The translations under genes and the position numbers were made by a program. From positions 768,001-832,000 of the forward strand of contig CAWDML010000003.1 of the NCBI GenBank assembly GCA_963803435.1: a stretch of DNA of 64,000 nt. Direction: 5' to 3'. This document shows positions 42,732 through 52,602 of the stretch, in pieces. The stretch comes from an uncultured delta proteobacterium. Lineage in GTDB: Bacteria; Myxococcota; Kuafuiibacteriia; Kuafuiibacteriales; Kuafuiibacteriaceae. The notes beneath the pieces were generated by a model that saw nothing but the letters and a program-made list of their open reading frames with translations, was not told the DNA's origin and searched no databases. Within the stretch, counting starts at the first letter, position 1. Each line of letters opens with the position of its first letter.

Positions 42732-43672
42732 TTGAGGCAGTCCGCGCGGGAGGTGCCGTAGCGGTTGTCGAACGCGACGTACAGACCGCAGCTCCCGATC
42801 TCGCTGGTGCCGTCGCCGAGCTTTCCGGCGTCCACCATCGCCTTGAGCTTGCGTTCGAGACCCTCGGCGAGCTTGGCGTCGTCCACGCCGCCGAAGTAGC
42901 CCAGCCAGGCGAAGTCTCCGACGACCTGCTCGAGCTTCTTGTCACCCAGCTGCAGCGCTGGTCCGCCAATCTCGGGATCGACGATCAGCTCCTCGACGGC
43001 CTCCTTGACCTGGCTCTCCGAGACCTTGTTCTCCTCGCGGCAGACCCACTCACACTCTCCATAGCTCTTGTCGTGCTGCCACTTGGCGGAGTGTCCGTCG
43101 CGGGTGGAGACCAGGCGGTTGTAGGTCCTGCCGTCGCCGCCGCCGCCCTCGGCGGCGGAGTGCAGCGACGTGATGATGTAGTGCGGCACGCCGTGCGCCC
43201 ACATGCCGCGCTTGTGCTCGATGGCGTCCTGCTGCGCCGCCACCAGATCCGGATCGCCCGGCGCGTAGTCGACCGAGAGCGCGTGCGCGAAGCCCCGGCG
43301 GATGTGGTCGATCCCGAGATCCTTGCAGAACCAGAGCACGCGCCCGTAGCTGTCGGTGGCGAAGTCCTTCGACTCGCAGTGCCAGACCCCGCGGCGCGCG
43401 TTGAGCGTGGCCAGCTTGGCGTTGTAGTAGAGCTCCTTGGGCTTCCAGGTGCCCCAGCGGTGCACCCCGCCGAAGGACTCGAGCGTGTTGAACCCGGCGA
43501 GCCGCGCGCGCATGCCCTTGTGCGGGCCGGCCAGCACGCGGAAGGTGTCACCGTCGTTGAAGTACACGGGCGCCGGGACGCCGTTGAGGTAGACCTTGGT
43601 GGCCGCCTCCTGCCCGAGCGCAGGGGAAGCCGCAAGCAGCAGCAGACAGAGTGTGGTCGCTCGCCCCAGCAT
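42728..43672 (-). CDS. Secreted thermonuclease (SNase) family protein
   Basis: Signal peptide ALG-Q; NDGDTFRV, RLAGFNTLE, DSYGRVL, RRGFA, AQQDAIEHKRGMW. Confidence 0.85.
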   Translation of the reverse strand: MLGRATTLCLLLLAASPALGQEAATKVYLNGVPAPVYFNDGDTFRVLAGPHKGMRARLAGFNTLESFGGVHRWGTWKPKELYYNAKLATLNARRGVWHCESKDFATDSYGRVLWFCKDLGIDHIRRGFAHALSVDYAPGDPDLVAAQQDAIEHKRGMWAHGVPHYIITSLHSAAEGGGGDGRTYNRLVSTRDGHSAKWQHDKSYGECEWVCREENKVSESQVKEAVEELIVDPEIGGPALQLGDKKLEQVVGDFAWLGYFGGVDDAKLAEGLERKLKAMVDAGKLGDGTSEIGSCGLYVAFDNRYGTSRADCLK

Positions 43673-43744
43673 CGATGCGGCGCCATCCAAGATGACGAGC
43701 GGGATGCTGTCAACCGAGGGTCAGACGATATGCTGATGCCTGCC

Positions 43745-44320
43745 ATGGAGATCCTCCTCGCCAGCACGTCGCCGTACCGGAGGGCCCAGCTCGAGCGGAT
43801 CGGCCTGTCCGTCCACACGATCCCTCCCGGCGTGGACGAGGACGCGGTGAAGACGCAGGGCCTGACGCCGCGGGGCCTGGCCGAGCAGCTGTCCTTCGAG
43901 AAGGCCCTCCGGGTGGCGAAGGTGGCGCCGGAGGCGATCGTCATCGGCGGCGATCAGCTGGTGGAGATCGACGGCCGGGTGCTGGGAAAGCCCGGCACCG
44001 TCGAAGCCGCTGTAGAGCAGCTGACCCTGTTGTCCGGCAGGATGCACACGCTCCTCACCGCGATCACCGTCATCCGCGGCGCGGATCGTCTCCGGCACAC
44101 CGACGTCACGCGGCTGACCCTGCGGACGCTCTCGCGGGAGGCGATCGAGCGCTACGTCGAGGCCGATCGACCGTTCGACTGCGCGGGCGCGTACAAGCTC
44201 GAATCCCGCGGGATCGTCCTGGTCGAGCGGATCGAGTCCGAGGACCACTCGGCGATCACCGGGATCCCGCTGATCGCGCTGGTCTCGATCCTGCGCAAGT
44301 TGGGTTGCGAGATTCCGTGA
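43745..44320 (+). CDS. maf: Maf family nucleotide pyrophosphatase (YceF-like)
   Basis: ILLASTSPYR, VDE, EKA, IGGDQ, LGKP, CAGAYKLE, ITGIPL. Confidence 0.92.
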   Translation: MEILLASTSPYRRAQLERIGLSVHTIPPGVDEDAVKTQGLTPRGLAEQLSFEKALRVAKVAPEAIVIGGDQLVEIDGRVLGKPGTVEAAVEQLTLLSGRMHTLLTAITVIRGADRLRHTDVTRLTLRTLSREAIERYVEADRPFDCAGAYKLESRGIVLVERIESEDHSAITGIPLIALVSILRKLGCEIP

Positions 44321-44321
44321 T

Positions 44322-45290
44322 TCATCGCTGGTCGAGCAGCGACGAGACCCGCGCAATCATGGCGTCTCCGGCGAGCTCGCTCTCCAGGATCTTTCCGGTG
44401 CGCGCCTCGATGATGATGTAGGTCGGGAGCTCGACCACGCCGAAGCGCTCGTCGACGTCGCTCGAGAACGAGTCCTGGATGAACGGCCACGGGACGGCGT
44501 TCTCCTGCTTGAACCGGATCAGCTTCTCCTGGTCGTCGTCCATCGCGATCCCGACCACGCGCAGGCCGTCCTTCTCTCTACGCTTCACGAGCTCGAGCAG
44601 CTTCGGGATCGACTCGATGCACGGCTCGCACCAGGTGGCGAAGAAGTCGAGCACCACGATCCGTCCGCCGAGCTTCGCCATCACCCTTCGCTCGCGCTCC
44701 GAGAGCGGCGCGGGCCGCCCCAGAGCCTTGGCGCGATGGATCAGCTTGCGGCAACGTTCGGCGAGCGGCGACTTCGGGTTGTTCTCCAGGAGGAGGCCGG
44801 CCCAATGGGCCGCGGCCTCGAGCTGGTGGCGGGCTTCCAGCTCGGCGATCGCCCAACCGTAGATCTCGCCGCTGTCGGGGTGGCGCGGGAAGCGCCTGAG
44901 GACCTCCGAGGCGCTCTTGCCTGGGTCGGGGGTGGGCTCGAACTTGAGGAGGAGCAGCGCCGCGTCGAACCGTGCGTCGTCGCTCCTGCCGTGCTGCGCG
45001 GCGAAGCGCAGGAGCTCGATCGCCTCCTTCCCCTGATCGGACTGGGGCGTCTTCAGGTTCTCGGCGACCAGCTGGACCGCCATCTCGTAGCGGATCCGAT
45101 CCGCGGCTTGATGCTCCGCGTGCTCCTTCAAGAAGCGGCGCGAGAGCGCGTAGAACGTGGGCAGGTCGTAGTCTTCGTGGGCCACCCGGATCTGGCCCAT
45201 GAGCGCGCTGGCCGTCTCGGCACGGGCGTACGGCGCGGCGAGGAGCAGGAGGACCAGCAGGCCTTTCACGATCGAGGGTGAGCATTCCAT
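44322..45290 (-). CDS. Exported TlpA disulfide reductase with N-terminal TPR-like helices
   Basis: Signal peptide ARA; LDFFATWCEPC; FGVVELPT. Confidence 0.85.
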   Translation of the reverse strand: MECSPSIVKGLLVLLLLAAPYARAETASALMGQIRVAHEDYDLPTFYALSRRFLKEHAEHQAADRIRYEMAVQLVAENLKTPQSDQGKEAIELLRFAAQHGRSDDARFDAALLLLKFEPTPDPGKSASEVLRRFPRHPDSGEIYGWAIAELEARHQLEAAAHWAGLLLENNPKSPLAERCRKLIHRAKALGRPAPLSERERRVMAKLGGRIVVLDFFATWCEPCIESIPKLLELVKRREKDGLRVVGIAMDDDQEKLIRFKQENAVPWPFIQDSFSSDVDERFGVVELPTYIIIEARTGKILESELAGDAMIARVSSLLDQR

Positions 45291-45303
45291 CGCGCGCCGC
45301 GGG

Positions 45304-45322
45304 CGTCCAGCGCGCCTGGACG
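45304..45322. promoter_or_regulatory. Perfect palindrome in a divergent intergenic region (possible operator)
   Basis: CGTCCAG-cgcgc-CTGGACG. Confidence 0.3.
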
Positions 45323-45412
45323 ATCGCGCATGAGATGGCGACGCAAAATCATTGTTGATCCTTCCCCCGTTCCGATAGTGGACCGAACACCAAGCCAAAC
45401 AAGGAGGCACGG

Positions 45413-46054
45413 ATGAAGATCGGCGTACTCGGGAGCGGTGACGTGGGGCGAGCGCTCGGCAAGGCGTTCGTGACGTTGGGCCACGACGTGAAGATGGGCG
45501 CACGCAGCGCCACCAACGAGAAGGCGCTCGCCTGGGCGGAGCAGAACGGACGGAAGGCGTCGGTAGGGACGTTCGAAGAGGCCGCGAAGTTCGGAGAGGT
45601 CATCGTGCTGGCGACGCTGGGCGTGGCGAACAAGAGCGCGCTCGAGATGGCGGGCGTCGACAACTTCGACGGCAAGCTCCTGATCGACACCACGAACCCG
45701 CTCGACCACAGCAGCGGCGCGCCCAAGCTGGCGATCTCGGGGAATGACTCGGGTGGCGAGCAGGTTCAGCGGTTGCTGCCCAAGGCGCACGTGGTGAAGG
45801 CGTTCAACACTGTCGGCAATCCGCATATGTTCCGGCCGTCGTTCGCAGGCGGTCCGCCCGACATGTTCATCTGCGGGAACGACACCGAGGCGAAGAAGCA
45901 GGTGGGGGCGATCCTGCAGGACTTCGGCTGGGGTGTCGCCGACGTGGGCGGCATCGAGTCGTCGCGCTACCTCGAGGGGATGTGCATCGTCTGGGTGCTC
46001 TACGGCGTCCTGGGTGGCGGCTGGAACCATGCCTTCAAGCTGCTGAAGAAGTGA
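45413..46054 (+). CDS. NADP oxidoreductase, F420_oxidored family
   Basis: AAGGAGG RBS; GVLGSGDVG, IDTTNPL, VVKAFNT, ICGND. Confidence 0.9.
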   Translation: MKIGVLGSGDVGRALGKAFVTLGHDVKMGARSATNEKALAWAEQNGRKASVGTFEEAAKFGEVIVLATLGVANKSALEMAGVDNFDGKLLIDTTNPLDHSSGAPKLAISGNDSGGEQVQRLLPKAHVVKAFNTVGNPHMFRPSFAGGPPDMFICGNDTEAKKQVGAILQDFGWGVADVGGIESSRYLEGMCIVWVLYGVLGGGWNHAFKLLKK

Positions 46055-46064
46055 GGAGATCAAA

Positions 46065-46952
46065 ATGATCACTGTGATGGGAGCGAGCGGACATACGGGG
46101 AAGCGGGTCGCGGAGCACCTGCTCGAGGCGGGCCGGAAGGTCCGCGTGATCGGCCGGTCGAAGGACAAGCTCCTCGACCTGGAGAAGAAGGGCGCCGAGG
46201 TGATGATCGGCGATGCCGGTGACGCCTCGTTCCTGACGCGGGCGTTCCGCGACGCGGACGGGGTCTACACGCTGCTGCCGCCCGACACGCAGTCGGAGGA
46301 CTTCGCCAAGAAGCAGGACCGGACGGGCGAGGCGATCGTGGCTGCGCTCCGCGAGAATCGGGTCGCGCGCGTGGTCTTCCTCAGCAGCGTGGGCGCGGAT
46401 CGACCCGACGGGACGGGGCCGATCGCCGGGCTGCACCGGCAGGAGCAGCGGCTGAGGAAGCTCGAGAACACCGACGTGTTACTGCTTCGGCCCGGATCGT
46501 TCTTCGAGAACATGTATGGGACCCTGGGGTTGATCAAACACCAGGGGATCAACGGCGGGTCGATCGTCGGCGATCGCCCGATCCCGATGATCGCGACCCG
46601 CGACATCGCCGACGCGGCCGCGAAGGCGCTGGAGTCGAAGGACTGGACCGGGGTGGTGGTGCGCGAGCTGCTGGGACCGCGGGACATCTCGTACGCCGAG
46701 GCCACGCGGATCCTGGGCGCGAAGATCGGGAAGCCGGACCTGGCCTACGTCCAGCTCCCGTACGAGGACTTCGCGAAGGGTCTGACGCAGGCCGGCTTCC
46801 ACCCCAAGATGGCGGCCCTGTACGCGGAGATGACCAGAGGATTCAACGAAGGAAAGATCAAGCCCATCGAGGGCCGCAACCCCAAGACCACCACGCCGAC
46901 CCGCTTCGAGGACTTCGCCGAGGAGCTGGCGCGGGCGTACCAGGCGATGTGA
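46065..46952 (+). CDS. NmrA family NAD(P)-binding protein
   Basis: GASGHTG, LSSVGA, LRPGSFFEN, ATRDIA. Confidence 0.9.
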   Translation: MITVMGASGHTGKRVAEHLLEAGRKVRVIGRSKDKLLDLEKKGAEVMIGDAGDASFLTRAFRDADGVYTLLPPDTQSEDFAKKQDRTGEAIVAALRENRVARVVFLSSVGADRPDGTGPIAGLHRQEQRLRKLENTDVLLLRPGSFFENMYGTLGLIKHQGINGGSIVGDRPIPMIATRDIADAAAKALESKDWTGVVVRELLGPRDISYAEATRILGAKIGKPDLAYVQLPYEDFAKGLTQAGFHPKMAALYAEMTRGFNEGKIKPIEGRNPKTTTPTRFEDFAEELARAYQAM

Positions 46953-47722
46953 AGACCGCGCTGGTCACGGGTGGGAATCGAGGTCTCGGCGAGGAGACCT
47001 GCCGCCAGCTCGCGCACCGTGGCTTCCGGGTGCTCCTGTCCTCTCGGGACGAGCGCCAGGGCGCCGCGGCGCGCGGGCGGCTGAGCGGGCTCGACGTCGA
47101 GGCCTGCGTTCTCGACGTCACGGATGGCGCCGGGATCGGACGTCTCGCGGATCGGATCAAGGCCGAAGGGATCCGGCTCGACCTGCTCATCAACAACGCG
47201 GGGATCGCGCTCGACGGCTTCAACGCCGACGTGGTGAGGCGGACGCTGGAGGTCAACTTCTTTGGTGCGCTCGACGTGACCGAGGGGATGCGGCCGTTGA
47301 TGGGGCGGGGCTCCCAGGTGGTGATGGTGTCGAGCGGGCTCGGCGAGCTGGCCGGGCTCGACGCGACCCTCCGGGATCGATTCACCGATCCAGCGCTGAC
47401 CGTGCCGGCGCTCGTCGAGCTCGTGCGCGCGTTCTCGCGCGACGTGGAGGCGGGACGCCATCGCGCGTCCGGCTGGCCCTCGTCGGCGTATCGCGTGTCG
47501 AAGATCGGTCTCAACGCGCTGGCGCGGGTCCTGGCCCGGGCCTGGGCATCGGAGGGAATCCGCGTCAACGCGGTCTGCCCGGGCTGGGTACGGACCGACA
47601 TGGGCGGATCCGGAGCCCCGCGGTCCGTCCCGGAGGGGGCGGCGTCGATCGTGGCGATGGCCGATCTCGAGGGCGCGCCCACGGGCGGCTTCTTCCGGGA
47701 CGGGCACGCGATCGATTGGTGA
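46949..47722 (+). CDS. Short-chain dehydrogenase/reductase (carbonyl-reductase-like)
   Basis: TGGNRGLG, NNAG, YRVSK, CPGWVRTDM. Confidence 0.92.
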   Translation: MKTALVTGGNRGLGEETCRQLAHRGFRVLLSSRDERQGAAARGRLSGLDVEACVLDVTDGAGIGRLADRIKAEGIRLDLLINNAGIALDGFNADVVRRTLEVNFFGALDVTEGMRPLMGRGSQVVMVSSGLGELAGLDATLRDRFTDPALTVPALVELVRAFSRDVEAGRHRASGWPSSAYRVSKIGLNALARVLARAWASEGIRVNAVCPGWVRTDMGGSGAPRSVPEGAASIVAMADLEGAPTGGFFRDGHAIDW

Positions 47723-47732
47723 GCCGCGTCGG

Positions 47733-49922
47733 TTGACCGAAGACCCGTGCGCTCCTAGCGTGCCCAGCTCAGTGCTGGATCTCGAAGGGCTCAATCGAGA
47801 GCAGCTCGAAGCCGTGTTGACCACCGAAGGGCCGCTCTTGGTCCTGGCCGGCGCTGGATCGGGCAAGACCCGTGTGATCACGTACCGGCTGGCGCACCTG
47901 ATCGACCGCGGCGTGCAGCCCCGGCAGATCCTGTGCGTCACCTTCACCAACAAGGCCGCCTTCGAGATGAAGGATCGCGCGAGGAAGCTCGTCGGAAAGA
48001 GCGTGCGCGGCGCGGCCATCAGCACGTTTCACGCGCTCGGCGTGCGGATCCTCCGGAAGTACGTGGGCGCCGTTGGCCTGCGGAAGGGGTTCACCATCTG
48101 CGACGCCGCTGAACAGCTGGGGAGCGTGCGGCGGATCCTGCGGGCGCTCCGGATCGACGATCGTCGGTTCGACGCCAAGCGCCTGCTGGTCGCGATCTCG
48201 CACGCGAAGAACGCGGGCGTCGACGCCGCCGCGTATCGGGAGCTGGACCGGATGCCCTCGGATCCGCTCCCGGAGGACGACGATGACTACCGTATCGCCG
48301 CGATCGAGGTCTACGACCGCTACGAGTCGGCGCTGCGGACGCAGAACCTGGTCGACTTCGACGACCTCCTGCTCCTCACCGTGAAGCTGCTCCGCGAGCA
48401 CGAGGCCGTGCTCGCCTCCCTGCGGGCGCGCTGGCGCTACCTGATGATCGACGAGTACCAGGACACCAACGGCGCCCAGTTCGAGCTGATGAGGATGCTC
48501 GCCGGCGAGGAGCGCAACCTCTGTGTCGTGGGCGACGACGACCAATCGATCTACGGCTGGCGCGGCGCCGACGTGCAGAACATCCTTCGCTTCTCCCAGA
48601 ACTTCCCGGGCGCGAAGGTGGTGAAGCTCGAGACCAACTATCGATCGACCGGCTGCATCCTCGAGACCGCGAATGCCGTGATCTCCAAGAACCGCGACCG
48701 GTATGAGAAGCGGCTCCGGCCGGCGGCGGGGATCGGCGACCGCGTGCGCATCGTGGCGGTGGAGGATGAGGACAAGGAGGCGGATCAGGTGGCGGCCTCC
48801 GTCCTCGCGCTGACGGCGGGCAGCGTCGAGCCGAAGGAGGTCGCGGTGCTGTTTCGCTCGAACGTGCAGTCACGACCGCTGGAGATGGCCTTTCGGGCGG
48901 CCCACGTCCCCTATCGTGTGGTCGGTGGGACCGAGCTGTTCGACAAGAAGGAGATCAAGGACCTCCTCTCGTACCTGCGGCTGCTGACCAACCCGGAGGA
49001 CGAGCAGTCGCTCCGCCGGATCGTGAACTTCCCGCCCCGCGGGATCGGCGACCGAACGCTGGAGAAGGTCGACGCCTGGGCCCGCGAAAGCGGTCTCACG
49101 TTGATGCAGGGCCTCGAGCGTGCCGACGAGGTGCCGGACTTGGCAGGGAAGACCGCGGACGCGATCGCGGGCGTCGTCGCAGTGCTGGCCGATCATCGCA
49201 AGATGCTGAAGCGATGCAAGCCGAGCACGATCGCGAAGCGGTTGGTCGAGGCGATCAAGCTGGAGGAGACGCTGTTCGAGTCGTCGGATAACCCGCTGAG
49301 CGCCGACCGCCGCGTCGACAACGTCCGCGAGATCGTGCGGCAGCTCGAGCGCTACGAGCACCGGGTCAAGTCCAAGCTCGAGCGTGCCGAGGTGGAGGGG
49401 GGCGCCGAGCCGCCGCCCGAGGACGACCTCCTCGACGACGACGATCTGGAGCTCCTCGAAGGGGCCACACTCGAGGGCTTCCTGCGCGACCTGGCGCTCT
49501 CGGGCATCGAGGATGGCACCACCAAGGAGGAGCGACAGGACCAGGTGGTCCTGTCGACGATCCATGCGGCCAAAGGGTTGGAGTGGCGGCACGTCTTCCT
49601 CGTGGGTGCGGAGGAGGAGCTCTTGCCGCACAAGCGGACCGTCGACGGGGACGGCGACGTCTCGGAGGAGCGCCGACTGACGTACGTGGCCGTGACGCGC
49701 GCCCGCGAGCAGCTGACCATCAGCTGGGCCGAGAACCGGACCAAGTGGGGGAAGATCGTGCCGCGGCAGCGATCGCGGTTCCTTGAGGATCTGCCGCCCG
49801 ACCATGTGGAGATCACCGAGAGCATGAAGAAGCCGAAGACCGAGGAGGAGCTCCGCACCCTCGAGATGGAGTGGCGGAACAAGATCAGGGCGCAGCTGGC
49901 GCAGCGGGGGCCCTCCGCGTGA
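47733..49922 (+). CDS. UvrD/Rep/PcrA superfamily 1 DNA helicase
   Basis: AGAGSGKT, TFTNKAA, DEYQD, GDDDQSIYGWRGA, NYRS, TIHAAKGLEW, YVAVTRAR. Confidence 0.95.
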   Translation: MTEDPCAPSVPSSVLDLEGLNREQLEAVLTTEGPLLVLAGAGSGKTRVITYRLAHLIDRGVQPRQILCVTFTNKAAFEMKDRARKLVGKSVRGAAISTFHALGVRILRKYVGAVGLRKGFTICDAAEQLGSVRRILRALRIDDRRFDAKRLLVAISHAKNAGVDAAAYRELDRMPSDPLPEDDDDYRIAAIEVYDRYESALRTQNLVDFDDLLLLTVKLLREHEAVLASLRARWRYLMIDEYQDTNGAQFELMRMLAGEERNLCVVGDDDQSIYGWRGADVQNILRFSQNFPGAKVVKLETNYRSTGCILETANAVISKNRDRYEKRLRPAAGIGDRVRIVAVEDEDKEADQVAASVLALTAGSVEPKEVAVLFRSNVQSRPLEMAFRAAHVPYRVVGGTELFDKKEIKDLLSYLRLLTNPEDEQSLRRIVNFPPRGIGDRTLEKVDAWARESGLTLMQGLERADEVPDLAGKTADAIAGVVAVLADHRKMLKRCKPSTIAKRLVEAIKLEETLFESSDNPLSADRRVDNVREIVRQLERYEHRVKSKLERAEVEGGAEPPPEDDLLDDDDLELLEGATLEGFLRDLALSGIEDGTTKEERQDQVVLSTIHAAKGLEWRHVFLVGAEEELLPHKRTVDGDGDVSEERRLTYVAVTRAREQLTISWAENRTKWGKIVPRQRSRFLEDLPPDHVEITESMKKPKTEEELRTLEMEWRNKIRAQLAQRGPSA

Positions 49923-50878
49923 CACCCTGGTTTGCGATCCTGCTGCTCACGGCTGCCCCGTCGCCCGGACCCGCCGGCGGGATCGCGGTCGGCTACGTCG
50001 ACATCAAGCAGGCGATCCTGAATACCGTCGACGGCCAGCGCATCAAGACCAAGCTCGAGGCCGAGAACCTCCGTGTCAGCGGCGAAATCCGGAAGAAGGA
50101 GGAGCAGCTGATGCGGGAGCGCTCCGTGCTCGAGCCGAAGCAGTACGACGAGAAGGCGCAGAAGATCCAGGAGGAGATCGCCAAGCGGCAGGAGGCGCTC
50201 GAGAAGAAGCAGGACGATCTGCTCGAGCCGCTGATAAGGAAGATGGAGACGATCCTCCAGCAGCACAACAAGACGAAGATGCCGCCCAAGATCGTGGATC
50301 TCTCCGAGCAGCCGCTGGTCGATCCGCCCAAGGAGTGCGATCTGACGACGTGGCTGACGCGCGCCTACGCTGACGAGAAAGTGGCGCCGCCCGAGACCTC
50401 CGGCGACTGTATGTTCCGCGCGTTCCTCTACGTCGACTTCGATCGGACCCTCGCGCTGAGCGCGGCGGGCAAGGCCGCCACCCAGCGCCTCGATGCGTTC
50501 AAGGAGAAGGGACAGGCGGAGATCGATCGGCGGCAGCGCCAGCTCGCCGAGATCCAGCGCTCCGCCAAGTCGGGACGGCCCGAGACCAAGGCAGAGTACG
50601 AGCGCGAGCGCCGGGAGCTGGCGCAGCTGTTCGCGAAGTATCAGAAGGAGCTGGAGCAGAAGGAGATCGACACGGAGGGGCAGCTCTACGAGCGGCTGGA
50701 GAAGAACCTGGCCTCCACCGCGAAGCAGCTGCGGCAGGTCCTGTTCGTGGAGGCGCTCGAGGATCAGACGACGCGCCTCGAGCCGAGCTGCGATGCCACC
50801 GATTGGGCCGCCAAGGTGATCGACGGCAAGGGCACCGCCGGCGAGCTCGCGCGCCTCTGTCCGCTCGCCAAGAAGTAG
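49919..50878 (+). CDS. OmpH/Skp-like chaperone with two tandem domains
   Basis: Signal peptide; VGYVDIKQAIL...GQRIKTKL and LYVDFDRTL...GKAATQRL, each followed by a coiled coil; GTGA overlap with the helicase. Confidence 0.7.
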   Translation: MTPWFAILLLTAAPSPGPAGGIAVGYVDIKQAILNTVDGQRIKTKLEAENLRVSGEIRKKEEQLMRERSVLEPKQYDEKAQKIQEEIAKRQEALEKKQDDLLEPLIRKMETILQQHNKTKMPPKIVDLSEQPLVDPPKECDLTTWLTRAYADEKVAPPETSGDCMFRAFLYVDFDRTLALSAAGKAATQRLDAFKEKGQAEIDRRQRQLAEIQRSAKSGRPETKAEYERERRELAQLFAKYQKELEQKEIDTEGQLYERLEKNLASTAKQLRQVLFVEALEDQTTRLEPSCDATDWAAKVIDGKGTAGELARLCPLAKK

Positions 50879-50919
50879 CGCGCTCGCAGCACGGTCGGCC
50901 GGCGTGCTACGACCGTCGG

Positions 50920-52535
50920 GTGACCGCACCGCGGTACTGGAGCAAGCAAGGCCCCGAGGGACCCTGGGACTATCTGGTGATCGGCTCGGGGATGGGCGGC
51001 ATGACCACGGCCGCCCTGCTGGCGAAGCTCGGCAAGCGGGTGCTGGTGCTCGAGCAGCACTACGTGCCCGGAGGCTTCACACACATGTTCCGGCGCCGGG
51101 GATATGTCTGGGACGTTGGAGTGCACGCGGTCGGCGAGGTCACCGAGCACAGCGATGACCGGCCGTCTGCTGTCGCTGCTCACCGGCGGGACGCTCCAGT
51201 GGGCCTCGCTGGGGCGCGTCTACGACGAGTTCTACTTCCCGGACGGCTTCACGCATCGGCTTCCCGGACAGCCCCGAGAGGTTCCGGGAGGAGCTGGTGG
51301 AGCGCTTCCCGGCGGAGGCGAGCGGGATCGACCGCTATCTCGACGAGATCCGCGAGGTCGCGACGCGATGAAGTGCGTACTACCTGGCGCGGGCGGTGCC
51401 CCGGCGCTTCGGATCGCTGCTCGATCATACGATCGCGCGCCGGGCCCAGCGGTATCTCGACCTTCCCACCAGCGAGGTGATCGCTCGCTTCACGGCCGAC
51501 CCCCGACTCCAGGCCGTGTTGACCGCGCAGTGGGGCTACTACGGCTCGCTCCCCAGCCGCGCCTCGTTCGCGATGCACGCGCTGGTCGTGAAGCACTTCC
51601 TCCACGGCGGCTACTATCCGATCGGTGGTGCCAAGGAGATCGCGCGCGGACTCTCTGAGGACGGTCGCGGACGCGGGCGGCTGGACGCGCGTGCGCGCAG
51701 ACGTGGAGGAGATCCTGGTCGAGGGGGACCGCGCCGTGGGCGTGCGGCTCCAGGGCGGCGAGGAGATCCGGGCCGGGCGAATCGTGAGCGCCTGCGGGAT
51801 CCAGTCCACCGTGATGCGTCTGCTCCCACAGCGCTTCCGGAGCGAGCAGTGGGTCCGCGACGTCGAGACGCTCGATCCCGCGCCCGCACACGTCTGCGTC
51901 TATCTCGGGTTCAACGGCGACATCCGGAAGGCCGGCGCCGGCTCGGCCAACAAGTGGTTCTACGAGACCTGGGTCTCCGAGAAGGACATCTGGAGCATCG
52001 TACGATCCAGACGCCGACGCGCCGGTGCTCTACACCAGCTTCCCCTCGCTGAAGGATCCCGAGCACCAGCCTGGACCCGAGCTCCGCCACACCGGTGAGG
52101 TCGTCACGTTCGTTCCATGGAGCATGTTCGGCGAGTGGCGGAACACCGACTGGAAGCGCCGCCCCGAGCAGTACGACGACCTCAAGCGCCGCATACAGGA
52201 GAAGCTGCTGCGCCAGTTCTTCCGGCACATGCCGGCGCTGGAGCCGATGCTCGACTATGCCGAGCTCTCGACGCCCGTGACCACCCGCCACTTCGTCCGG
52301 CCGGTGATCGGGTTCGATCTACGGCCTCGAGCCGACGCCGCGGCGCTTCCGTACCCAGTGGCTCCGGCCCCGCGCGCCGATCGAGAACCTCTTCTTCTCC
52401 GGGTCGGAGGTCACCACCGTCGGGGTCATGGGTGCGATGATGGGCGGTGTGCTGGCCGCCGGTTCGGCGGAGCCGATGGGTTTGTTCAACCTGATGAAAC
52501 AGGTGCACGCGCGACCCACACGCCCGCGGCGCTGA
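50920..52535 (+). pseudogene. Phytoene desaturase / retinol saturase-like FAD oxidoreductase broken by several frameshifts
   Basis: VIGSGMGG, LEQHYVPGGFTH, WDVGVH, GGYYPIGG, ELSTP, YGLEP, NLFFSG lie in different frames; shifts near 51150, 51255, 51370, 51655, 52000, 52315. Could be an assembly error. Confidence 0.8.
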
Positions 52536-52602
52536 CCCTCCGATCCCAGCGACGGCATCGACGACTCCGTCTCCCTGCGATCCGGGTGAGTGTCCCACGT
52601 CG

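Noticed and set aside
38141-43662. 13-bp direct repeat AGTGTGGTCGCTC flanking the MFS-nuclease block as att sites
   Set aside because: Both copies overlap coding starts, no integrase or tRNA is nearby, and 13-mers recur by chance in 64 kb of GC-rich DNA
43707-43724. Pho-box-like GTCA-N7-GTCA between the nuclease and maf
   Set aside because: Weak match, wrong spacing to the TATGCT -10, and equally explained as a reverse TTGACA -35
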